Below, in pieces: positions 42,058-49,006 of a stretch of 49,006 nucleotides of DNA. The DNA is taken from the NCBI GenBank assembly GCA_046727455.1, contig JBKPCQ010000219.1, positions 1-49,006 on the forward strand, read 5' to 3'. This DNA comes from Actinomycetota bacterium. Its GTDB lineage: Bacteria > Actinomycetota > Actinomycetes > Mycobacteriales > Micromonosporaceae. The number at the start of each line of letters is the position of its first letter. Within the stretch, counting starts at the first letter, position 1. A program made the position numbers and the translations under genes. A model generated the notes under the pieces. The model did no database searches. It was given only the letters and a program-made list of their open reading frames with translations, and was not told where the DNA came from.

Positions 42058-42657
42058 ATGGCGGACAGCGGGTCTACATTGTTCGCTGTGCCTGAGGAGA
42101 TTGCGCCGGGGCAGCGCGACCTGCGGATGTCGGACGCCGAGCGGGAGCGGGTGGTCGGCTGGCTGCACGCGGCGGTGACCGAGGGCCGGCTGACGCTGGC
42201 CGAGTTCTCCGACCGGGTCCAGGGCGTCCTGGCCGCGAAGACCTACGCCGAGATCCAGCCGTACCTGCACGACCTGCCCCCGGCCGGCGCGCCCTCCGCA
42301 CTCGTCGCGTCGGACCCGGTGGAGCTGGTCGCCACCGCGACCGACATCCGCCGCTTCGGCGACTGGGTGGTACCGCCCCGGATGGTGCTCCGGCTCCGCG
42401 ACGGCAGCGCCAAGCTCGACTTCACCAAGGCGGTCATCCGGTACCCGGTGGTCGAGATCGAGGTCGACGCGTCCCGCAGCTCGTGCGTGCTCGTGCTGCC
42501 CAGGGGAGCGACCGCCGACATCTCCGGCGTCGCCACCAGATTCGGCCGGGCGAGCTGCAAGCTGCCCGAGCCCCGGGACGGGGCGCCGCCCGGTCCCCGG
42601 TTCGTGGTACGCGGCTGGGTCCGGGTCGGGCGGTTGAGGGTACGCTCACGCGGCTGA
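42058..42657 (+). CDS. DUF1707 domain protein
   Basis: Track ORF, 199 aa. The DUF1707 motif is LRMSDAERERVVGWLHAAVTEGRLTLAEFSDRV. Confidence 0.75.
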   Translation: MADSGSTLFAVPEEIAPGQRDLRMSDAERERVVGWLHAAVTEGRLTLAEFSDRVQGVLAAKTYAEIQPYLHDLPPAGAPSALVASDPVELVATATDIRRFGDWVVPPRMVLRLRDGSAKLDFTKAVIRYPVVEIEVDASRSSCVLVLPRGATADISGVATRFGRASCKLPEPRDGAPPGPRFVVRGWVRVGRLRVRSRG

Positions 42658-42676
42658 CGAACCTCCTGCGCCGCGG

Positions 42677-43117
42677 TCAGCAGGCGCGGTCTCCCTCGGC
42701 GCGATCCGGGGCGACGGCGGACGGCAACGGGCAGTTGGGGCAGGTGCAGTCGGTGAGGCTGTCGCACTCGGCGGCGACGACCTCGCTCAGCGACCGGCGG
42801 ATGGCGGCCAGGTCGGCGATCTTCCGGTCGATCTCGGCGATCTTGTCAACGGCACGCTCTTTGAGGTCCCGGGTGCGGTGCCGGTCACGGCTCGCTTCGA
42901 GCAGGTCGATGATCTCGTCGAGGGTGAAGCCGAGGCGTTGCGCGGCCTTGATGATGCCGATCAGTCCGACGGTGTCGGGTGGGTAGGCGCGGTGGCCGCC
43001 GACGGTTCGCACGGGCTCGGCGATCAGGCCACGCCGTTCGTAGTAGCGCAGGGTCTGGACGTTCACGCCGGCCCGCTCGGCGACCTCTCCGGTGCGCAAC
43101 CCGTTGCCCGGTCCCAT
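42677..43117 (-). CDS. MerR family transcriptional regulator with a Cys-rich C-terminus
   Basis: This is the 3' part of track ORF 42677..43198, starting at ATG 43117. It has LRTGEVAERAGVNVQTLRYYERRGL and a C-terminal ECDSLTDCTCPNCP. Confidence 0.85.
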   Translation of the reverse strand: MGPGNGLRTGEVAERAGVNVQTLRYYERRGLIAEPVRTVGGHRAYPPDTVGLIGIIKAAQRLGFTLDEIIDLLEASRDRHRTRDLKERAVDKIAEIDRKIADLAAIRRSLSEVVAAECDSLTDCTCPNCPLPSAVAPDRAEGDRAC

Positions 43118-43121
43118 GGAC

Positions 43122-43499
43122 TCAGTCGACCGTGCCGAACACGGCGGCCAGCGCGTCGCGGGCCTCGGGCGGGGTGCGGATCTCCATCCGTACCCCATGG
43201 CCGTCGATGGTCAGGTGGTAGCTGGCGAACGAGCAGCAGGAGTACTCGGCCGCCAGCAGCCGGGCCAACTCGGCGGTGCGGGCGACGTCGTGATCGAAGG
43301 TCACCGCGACGCCGTCGTCGGTCGCTTCCCGGCCGGTGGCCTGGGCGAGGACGGTCCGCCACTCGCCGAGCCGTCGGGCCAGGTCGCCACCGTCCGCGTC
43401 CAGCGTGCACATGATCGGCTGGCCGTCCCGGATGACCGCCGGAGTGGTCGTCCCGAGCCGTTCGGCGCCCGCCACCAAGGTACGTGTTTCCGTCGTCAC
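43122..43499 (-). CDS. Conserved hypothetical protein with a vicinal-Cys motif (EYSCCSFASY), co-transcribed with MerR
   Basis: Track ORF, 125 aa, GTG start. Its stop is 4 nt before the MerR ATG. I recall similar E-x-x-CC-x-F proteins next to ArsR/MerR genes in actinomycetes, but this is unverified. Confidence 0.65.
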   Translation of the reverse strand: MTTETRTLVAGAERLGTTTPAVIRDGQPIMCTLDADGGDLARRLGEWRTVLAQATGREATDDGVAVTFDHDVARTAELARLLAAEYSCCSFASYHLTIDGHGVRMEIRTPPEARDALAAVFGTVD

Positions 43500-43505
43500 G
43501 GTTCG

Positions 43506-43537
43506 ACGGTAAGCCTGTAGTCAGGTACCGGGTTCAA
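43506..43537 (-). promoter_or_regulatory. Candidate MerR-type promoter TTGAAC-N20-TACCGT driving a leaderless transcript
   Basis: On the minus strand, the -35 TTGAAC is the complement of 43532-43537 and the -10 TACCGT (TAnnnT) is the complement of 43506-43511. The spacer is 20 nt, and the -10 ends 6 nt before GTG 43499. Confidence 0.3.
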
Positions 43538-43593
43538 GTGCGGGTCGGTGTGACGCCGGTCACGCAGCGGCTACCCAGCGGGGTGCCACCGAG

Positions 43594-43746
43594 TCAGGCG
43601 TGCTCAGGTTCGTCCCAGTCCGGGACGTCGGGCAGATAGGTCGAGCCGGGGTCCTGGCTCTCGGCGAGGTCCTCGACCGCCGGTGGTACCCGGACCACCT
43701 CGTCCTCGGCGAGGGCGTCGCTGGCGTTCTCGTCTGGATCGGTCAT
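43594..43746 (-). CDS. Possible small acidic protein (50 aa)
   Basis: This is the C-terminal tail of the spurious track ORF 43594..45921. ATG 43746 gives MTDPDENASDALAEDEVVRVPPAVEDLAESQDPGSTYLPDVPDWDEPEHA. Third codon positions are GC-rich, and I recognise no homology. Confidence 0.35.
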   Translation of the reverse strand: MTDPDENASDALAEDEVVRVPPAVEDLAESQDPGSTYLPDVPDWDEPEHA

Positions 43747-43821
43747 GCCGGTAGTGGTACCCGGGAAAGGGTGGCATGAAGCCGGGATTCGCCGGCCACC
43801 GCCGGCTCGCACCCTGGCAGT

Positions 43822-44964
43822 GTGTTGAGGACCACCGCCCGGGTACTCGCCGCGGCCGCCGCGCTCGGCGGGGCGGCCCTGCTCACCGGCTGCTCCGGTA
43901 CCTCGGCGACCTGGCAGGCCCCCGGCGCGGAGCCGGTGCGGAAGGCGCCAGCCGGACCGTCGATCAGCGCGCCAGCCGACGGGGCGACCGGCGTCCCCGC
44001 CGCCGCCGAGATCGTGCTGGCCGGCGCCGACCCGCAGACGACCGTGACGCTCGCCGACTCGGCCGGCACCCGGGTCGACGGCGCGCTGCGGCCGGACTCC
44101 TCGTCGTGGGTTCCCGCCGCCCCGCTCAAGTGGGGGACGACCTACTCGGCGACGGTCGCCCCGTCCGGCCGGAAGGTCACCTTCACCACGATGAAGGAGC
44201 CGGACAACCAGGTCCGGGTGAGCACGCCGCTGCAGGACGACGCGGTGTACGGGGTGGCCATGCCCCTTGTCGTGCGGTTCGGCGCGGACGTCCCCAGGGA
44301 CCAGCGGGCCACGGTCGAGCGGCGGCTGTTCGTGACCAGCGAGCCGGCGCAGCCGGGCGCGTGGAACTGGTTCAGCGGTGCCGAGGTGCACTTCCGCACG
44401 AAGGACTACTGGCAGGAGGGCACGAGGTTCCTCCTGCGCGTGGCGACCGGCGGGCTGCCGCTCGGCAACGGCGCGTACGGCGGCGCCGACCTGAGCATCC
44501 ACGCCTCGATCGGCGACAGGGTGGAGATGCTCACCGACAACGCCACCAAGCAGATGACCGTCAAGGTGCACGACCGGGTGGTCCGCACCATCCCGGTCAG
44601 CCTGGGCAAGCCGGGCAAGCCGTCGTCGAGCGGGCACCTGGTGGTCATGACCAAGGCGCAGTCCGAGCTGTTCGTCGGTACCGACCCCGGCGACTCCTAC
44701 CGCACCACCGTGTACTGGACCCAGCGGCTGACCATCGGCGGCGAGTACATCCACGCGGCTCCGTGGTCCGTGGGCGACCAGGGCCGGCGCAACGTCTCGC
44801 ACGGCTGCACCAACATGTCGACCGAGAACGCCAGGTGGCTGTGGGGTCTGACGCACGTCGGCGACCCGGTGACCGTCACCGGTACCGGGGCCGGGCTGGA
44901 GTGGGGCAACGGCTACACCGACTGGGACGTCTCCTTCGACGAGTACTCGGGTCACCCGAGGTAA
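43822..44964 (+). CDS. L,D-transpeptidase (YkuD domain) lipoprotein
   Basis: Track ORF, 380 aa, GTG start. The lipobox is LLTGC and the catalytic motif is HAAPWSVGDQGRRNVSHGCTNM. Confidence 0.9.
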   Translation: MLRTTARVLAAAAALGGAALLTGCSGTSATWQAPGAEPVRKAPAGPSISAPADGATGVPAAAEIVLAGADPQTTVTLADSAGTRVDGALRPDSSSWVPAAPLKWGTTYSATVAPSGRKVTFTTMKEPDNQVRVSTPLQDDAVYGVAMPLVVRFGADVPRDQRATVERRLFVTSEPAQPGAWNWFSGAEVHFRTKDYWQEGTRFLLRVATGGLPLGNGAYGGADLSIHASIGDRVEMLTDNATKQMTVKVHDRVVRTIPVSLGKPGKPSSSGHLVVMTKAQSELFVGTDPGDSYRTTVYWTQRLTIGGEYIHAAPWSVGDQGRRNVSHGCTNMSTENARWLWGLTHVGDPVTVTGTGAGLEWGNGYTDWDVSFDEYSGHPR

Positions 44965-47117
44965 CGCGCCGCCACCACCGCCGGCTGTTCGAGTATCCGG
45001 CCGGCGGAGGTGTCCCAGGCCAGCCGGACGAACTGGGCGTGGGTCCAGGCCAGCGGCGTCGCCGAGAACGTCGGGGTACCGGGGACGAACCCGTCGGTAC
45101 CGGCCGGTGGCTGGTTGTCCCACACCTGCTCGGGGAGCATGAGACCGGGACCGGCGGCGCGCGTCATGGCGGTGACCTGCACCGCGGCCCCGGTCAGCTG
45201 ATGGGCGGCGAGCTGGTACTCGCCGCGTTCGCCGTTGAGCAGCGGCCACGCCCGGCCGAGGGTGATCCGCGAGTCCGGCGGCAGGCCGAACTCCCACGGG
45301 TCGCCGTTGCGCTTCTCGCCGTACCCGTCGAAGGACGCGCGGTGCCAGTAGAAGCCGCCGGCGGTCGGTACCCCGAGCTGCGCGTCGATGACGCCGAGCG
45401 AGTTCACCACGGCCGGGTCGCTCGCCGGCAGCACGCCGAGCCGGACCAGGTCCAGGAAGCTCGGGTCGACCACCGCCCGCTGGTCGACATTGGACGGTCC
45501 GCTGTCGCCGATGCTGTACGTGGTACCGGCGTCGGGGTTGCCGTCCTTGGTGAGCCGCAGGAAGTACGGCCCGCCGGAGTACGGCCCGGTGGTCGTGACC
45601 GTCCACCCCTTGACGTTGGCCTGCCAGGCGTCGGCGGTGGCCTCGTAGCGCGCCGCGGATGCCGCGTCCCCGTTGGCGCGGGCCAGCACCGCCGCGCACA
45701 CCAGCCCGGCGATCTCGGCGGCGATCGTGGCGGGGGAGTAGCCGGACTGGTTCTCCCAGCGCTCCTGCGGCGTCCACGGCGAATGGTTGCCGTCCTGCTG
45801 GAAGTCGACCACGAAATCGGCCGCGCGCTTGACGTGCGCCCAGGTCGTGGCATCGGTCCGGCCGAGCTGGTAGGCCAGCACGATCGGGAAGGACACCTCG
45901 TCCAGTTGCAGGCCGCCCCACACCGGGGTGCCGGCGACGTCGGAGTTCTGGGGGAACGAGCCATCGGGCTTCTGCTGCGTGAAGAGCAGGAAGTCCAGCG
46001 CGCGGTTCGCGGCGGCGCGGTCGCCGGACAGGATCAGCGCGGTGGCGATCTGGTACAGGTCACGGGACCAGACCAGGTGGTACGGGCCGGACGGTTCCTC
46101 GGTGCCCCAGATCCACGGCATGTCCGGGGCGGCGACGAAGGCGCCCCGGTGGGTCTTGTCCTCGCTGGCGGCGAGCACCATGGTCGAGATCCGGTACAGC
46201 CGGCGCTGGTCCGCGCCGTCCAGCGCGGGCGGCGGGTCCGCGAGGCGGCTCGCGTAGGCGTGCCAGCCGGCGGCGTACTCCCCCGCCGCGCGGTCGAAGC
46301 CGGCCCGCAGTGAGGCGTCCGCGGTAGCCAGCGCGGCGCCGGCGCTGCGGCCGAAGGCGAGCGCGATGGTGGCGCGCGGCGCGCTCAGCCGGGCGGTCTG
46401 CACGAGGTTACCGGCGGACGCGGAGGTGTAGTGCCAGTCCATCCGGCCGTCGGCGAGCAGGTCGGTCCAGCCGTCGCTGGTGCCGCGGAAGCCGTTGGAG
46501 GTGGCCGTGAACGGCGGCGAGCCGGCCAGGGCGGACGCCGCGGTGGCGTCCCACGCCGTCAAGGCGTGCCCGGCCGTACCGCCGGAGTCGTCGTTGCGGG
46601 TGTTGCCCAGCGCCGGGTCGTAGAGGGCATAGAGGTCGTACCGCCCGGAGCCGTCGAGGCGCACGTCGACGAGAACCGTGGCGCGGGCCGGGTCGGTGAC
46701 GTAATCGGCGGTCAGCTTCCAGCGGCCGGCGCGCTCGGTGAAGGTCTGCCGGTACGTGAGGCTGGCCGGGTCGGCGAGGCTGGTCTCGACGCGCGCCGCG
46801 TCCTGCGCCCGGACCGCGTGACCCTGGTGATCGGCGACCACGAACTGCAGCGCGCGGGCGCTGGGGGTACCGAGATCGGGGTAGTAGATCTCGCCGAGCC
46901 CGCCCTCCTTCTGCACGGTGAGCCACACGGTGCTGGCGGTGGTCGTGGAGGTGCCGACGCCGGACTTGTCGGCGGGCAGGAAGTTCTCGGCCAGCCCGGG
47001 TCCGCCGGGGGCCGGACCGGTGCCGGGGGCGTCAGGTGCGGCGGCGGCCTGGGCCGGGGCCGGCGCGAGGATCAGGACGGCGCCGGTCAGCCCGGCGACC
47101 AGGAGACGGGACCGCAT
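44952..47117 (-). CDS. Glycoside hydrolase family 15 glucoamylase/glucodextranase, secreted
   Basis: Track ORF, 721 aa, with signal peptide MRSRLLVAGLTGAVLILAPAPAQA. It has the bacterial glucoamylase N-domain and HLVWSRDLYQIATAL in the (alpha/alpha)6 domain. Confidence 0.9.
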   Translation of the reverse strand: MRSRLLVAGLTGAVLILAPAPAQAAAAPDAPGTGPAPGGPGLAENFLPADKSGVGTSTTTASTVWLTVQKEGGLGEIYYPDLGTPSARALQFVVADHQGHAVRAQDAARVETSLADPASLTYRQTFTERAGRWKLTADYVTDPARATVLVDVRLDGSGRYDLYALYDPALGNTRNDDSGGTAGHALTAWDATAASALAGSPPFTATSNGFRGTSDGWTDLLADGRMDWHYTSASAGNLVQTARLSAPRATIALAFGRSAGAALATADASLRAGFDRAAGEYAAGWHAYASRLADPPPALDGADQRRLYRISTMVLAASEDKTHRGAFVAAPDMPWIWGTEEPSGPYHLVWSRDLYQIATALILSGDRAAANRALDFLLFTQQKPDGSFPQNSDVAGTPVWGGLQLDEVSFPIVLAYQLGRTDATTWAHVKRAADFVVDFQQDGNHSPWTPQERWENQSGYSPATIAAEIAGLVCAAVLARANGDAASAARYEATADAWQANVKGWTVTTTGPYSGGPYFLRLTKDGNPDAGTTYSIGDSGPSNVDQRAVVDPSFLDLVRLGVLPASDPAVVNSLGVIDAQLGVPTAGGFYWHRASFDGYGEKRNGDPWEFGLPPDSRITLGRAWPLLNGERGEYQLAAHQLTGAAVQVTAMTRAAGPGLMLPEQVWDNQPPAGTDGFVPGTPTFSATPLAWTHAQFVRLAWDTSAGRILEQPAVVAARYLG

Positions 47118-47170
47118 GGAGGCGTCGTCCCCCGTTCGGGACGCGGTAAACAGGCGTATCCATGCCGATC

Positions 47171-47563
47171 TCAGACTGGCACCGTCCGGCTGGTCGAGTC
47201 GATGTGGTCGATCCGCCCGTCGGGCGCGAGGTGCCCGTGCATGAACACTTCGTTCATGAGCGTCGTTCCCTGGCGCATCTCGGTCCGGAGCGTGTACCGG
47301 ACGGCGAACCGGCTGTCGCGCACGAGGATGTCGTGCACCTCGGTGTGCAGGCCGAGCACGTTCTTCCGGGCCGGGCCGGCGTGCTGGGCCAGCCGGTCGC
47401 GGTCGAGCCGGACGCCGTCGTGGTACTGCTCGAAGTCCGGCGCGTAGTAGCGGTCGACGACAACGGACGGATCCTCGTCGCTGAAGGTCAGCGCCTCCGG
47501 CACCGCGGTCAGCAGCGCCGCGAGACTTCGTTCGGCATCGGTGCGGTCATCGCGCGTCGGCAC
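47171..47563 (-). CDS. NTF2/SnoaL-like fold protein
   Basis: Track ORF 47171..47626. GTG 47563 is preferred because GGGGAGGA lies 5 nt upstream. It overlaps the upstream peroxiredoxin-like gene by 17 nt. Confidence 0.65.
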   Translation of the reverse strand: MPTRDDRTDAERSLAALLTAVPEALTFSDEDPSVVVDRYYAPDFEQYHDGVRLDRDRLAQHAGPARKNVLGLHTEVHDILVRDSRFAVRYTLRTEMRQGTTLMNEVFMHGHLAPDGRIDHIDSTSRTVPV

Positions 47564-48140
47564 GGGAGTCCTCCCCGGTGGTGGTGCGGGCCAGGTCGAG
47601 CAGTGTGTCGACCGGCCACTGGTCAAAGGCGTGGTCGCCGTACCGGACGGCGACCAGCCGCCCGTCGCTCGCGATCAGGAAGTCGGCCGGCAGGCCGAGC
47701 CGGCCGTTGGGCTGCCGCATGCTGGGCGGCCGTTTCCTTCCCCGGATGATCGCGACCAGGTCGATCGTGATCGCCCGGGCGAGGTGCCGCCAGACCCGCG
47801 GGTCCAGCAGCGCCCGCGGGGCCGACTCCACGCCGAACTCCGCGTACAGCCGCTTGCGCGGATCCGCCACGACGGCGAAGGGCAGGCCGTCGGTGTGGGC
47901 CCGCAGCTCCTTGGCCGGCGAGTGGAAGACCACCACCTCGCGCACGCCCGCCGCCTCGATCTCGCCGTGCCGGCGGACGATCGAGCGCAGGTGCAGGTTG
48001 CACAGCGGGCAGCCGGCGAACCGCCGGAACTGCAGATGCACCAGCCGGTGCGGGTCCGGTACCGGTACCGACTCGTCGTCGACCGTGATCAGCGTGCGCG
48101 CCGGGACCGTCGTCCCCGGCTGCAACCGATGAACCGCCAT
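47547..48140 (-). CDS. Peroxiredoxin-like (AhpC/TSA family) protein
   Basis: Track ORF, 197 aa. FAGCPLCNLH is a CxxC motif in a thioredoxin-fold context. Confidence 0.85.
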   Translation of the reverse strand: MAVHRLQPGTTVPARTLITVDDESVPVPDPHRLVHLQFRRFAGCPLCNLHLRSIVRRHGEIEAAGVREVVVFHSPAKELRAHTDGLPFAVVADPRKRLYAEFGVESAPRALLDPRVWRHLARAITIDLVAIIRGRKRPPSMRQPNGRLGLPADFLIASDGRLVAVRYGDHAFDQWPVDTLLDLARTTTGEDSRADAR

Positions 48141-48155
48141 GTCGTCCTCCCCCGA

Positions 48156-48200
48156 TAGGCGTACGATGTACTCCTACCAACTGTAGGCGTATGGCGTACG
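48156..48200. promoter_or_regulatory. Repeated TAGGCGTA / GGCGTACG motifs in the peroxiredoxin / TetR divergent region (candidate operators)
   Basis: TAGGCGTA occurs at 48156-48163 and 48184-48191. GGCGTACG occurs at 48158-48165 and 48193-48200. Confidence 0.3.
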
Positions 48201-48820
48201 CTGTCAAGGCCATGCCCCGCCCGCGTTCGCTGACCCACGACCACATCGCGGCGGCGGCCCTCGCCGTCATCGACCGTTCGGGGCTCGCCGCGCTGTCGAT
48301 GCGCACCGTCGCGGCCGAGCTGGGCATGGGAACGATGTCGCTGTACCGCTACGTCAAGGGCCGGGAGCAGCTCGAACGGCTGGTCGTCGAACTCGTGCTG
48401 CGCGACATCGATCTGCGGGTCGACGCCGGTACGCCGTGGACCGACCGGGTCGCCGTGATCGCCGGACGCATCCGCCACGCGGTGAGCGCCCACCCGGCGG
48501 TCGTCCCGTTGTTCGTCATCCACCGGAGCACCAGCGTCGGCGTCATGCGCTGCGGCGAGGCGTTGCTGGGCATCCTGGCCGGTGCCGGGTTCACCGGGGC
48601 GGAGCGGGTCGTGGCGTTCCGGACCGTCTTCAGCTACCTGGTCGGGGCGTTCACCACCGAGCACCTCGGCTCGTTGTCGGGGCCGGGTACGGCGGCGCTG
48701 GCCCGGCTGCCGCGCACCGCCTATCCGTTCCTGGCCGAGACCGCGGGCGTGGCCCGCCACGTCAGCCCCGACGACGAGTTCGCCGGAGGGCTCGCGATCA
48801 TCCTGCGCGGCCTGCGCTGA
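48191..48820 (+). CDS. TetR/AcrR family transcriptional regulator
   Basis: Track ORF, 209 aa, with an alternative ATG at 48212 (MPRPRSL). The HTH is SMRTVAAELGMGTMSLYRYVKGREQ. Confidence 0.85.
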   Translation: MAYAVKAMPRPRSLTHDHIAAAALAVIDRSGLAALSMRTVAAELGMGTMSLYRYVKGREQLERLVVELVLRDIDLRVDAGTPWTDRVAVIAGRIRHAVSAHPAVVPLFVIHRSTSVGVMRCGEALLGILAGAGFTGAERVVAFRTVFSYLVGAFTTEHLGSLSGPGTAALARLPRTAYPFLAETAGVARHVSPDDEFAGGLAIILRGLR

Positions 48821-48825
48821 GATGT

Positions 48826-49006
48826 TGGCGCTCGCTCCGCTCGCGCGGCACCGAGGCTCCTCAGGCGACGTCTTCCCTCGTCGCTGCGCTCCTCAGTCCA
48901 GACGGCGCCCGCCTCGGTGCGACGTGTTGGCGCTCGCTTCGCTCGCGCGGCACCGAGGCTCCTCAGGCGCCGTCTTCCCTCGTCGCTGCGCTCCTCAGTC
49001 CAGACG
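48826..49006 (+). repeat. Repeat family R1, copies B and C in tandem (102-nt period); copy C is cut by the window end
   Basis: Copy B is 48826-48927 and copy C is 48928-49006, with 2 mismatches in 79 nt. Copy B has the stem GCACCGAGGC (48848-48857) / GCCTCGGTGC (48911-48920). The array starts 5 nt after the TetR stop. Confidence 0.9.

Noticed and set aside
43594-46313. Long ORFs 43594..45921 (-) and 43776..46313 (+)
   Set aside because: They run across or antisense to the L,D-transpeptidase and GH15 genes and are Arg/Gly/Pro-rich. Only the last 50 codons of the minus ORF are kept as a low-confidence small gene.
48826-49006. The tandem repeat at the window end as a CRISPR array
   Set aside because: The repeated units are 102 nt and directly contiguous, with no unique spacers, and there are no cas genes. 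A third copy occurs singly at 7511.
1-49006. Mobile elements, prophage genes, toxin-antitoxin pairs or known defence systems
   Set aside because: Reading all plausible ORFs, I found no transposase, integrase, recombinase, phage structural, restriction-modification, Cas or classical toxin motif. Only the two short repeat families hint at mobile or structured DNA.

Overview
The window is very GC-rich (my estimate is about 70-73 percent) and looks like actinomycete chromosomal DNA. It is densely packed with about 48 protein-coding genes on both strands. I found no rRNA, tRNA, CRISPR array, transposase or integrase. The gene content is regulators, transporters and accessory metabolism.

Gene content by group:
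- Regulators: four TetR, one XRE/DUF397 (WhiJ/BldB-like) pair, one ROK, one MerR and one HTH-NB-ARC-TPR STAND protein.
- Sigma factors: three ECF sigma factors that carry fused C-terminal domains (ECF41-like, SigG-like and ECF42-like with a YCII partner).
- Transport: two DHA2 MFS pumps, an RseB/LolA-like protein with an ABC-2 transporter, and ChrA.
- Enzymes: GlpD, two FAD oxidases, AsnB with a GT2, class I LysRS coupled to a patatin-like lipase, acyl-CoA synthetase, sulfatase, PLP decarboxylase, GNAT, L,D-transpeptidase and GH15 glucoamylase.
- Secreted proteins: two beta-propeller/PKD surface proteins.

The most unusual signals lie outside the gene calls:
1. A ~95-102 nt element sits directly after stop codons (7511-7605, and in tandem at 48826-49006). 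Its 10-bp closing stem is kept intact by two compensatory double substitutions.
2. A second repeat of 40-70 nt occurs at three sites, one of them in-frame inside a CDS.
3. The palindrome GGTACC is over-represented about 7-8 fold. It is created in all three codon registers and in intergenic hairpins, and a 2.7-kb stretch free of it coincides with the WhiJ/BldB-like locus.

Several tightly coupled gene pairs of unclear joint function are flagged as lower-priority candidates: STAND regulator with lipase, LysRS with patatin, a vicinal-Cys protein with MerR, and YCII with ECF42 sigma and YcaQ glycosylase. All functional calls come from motif reading of the translations, not from database searches.
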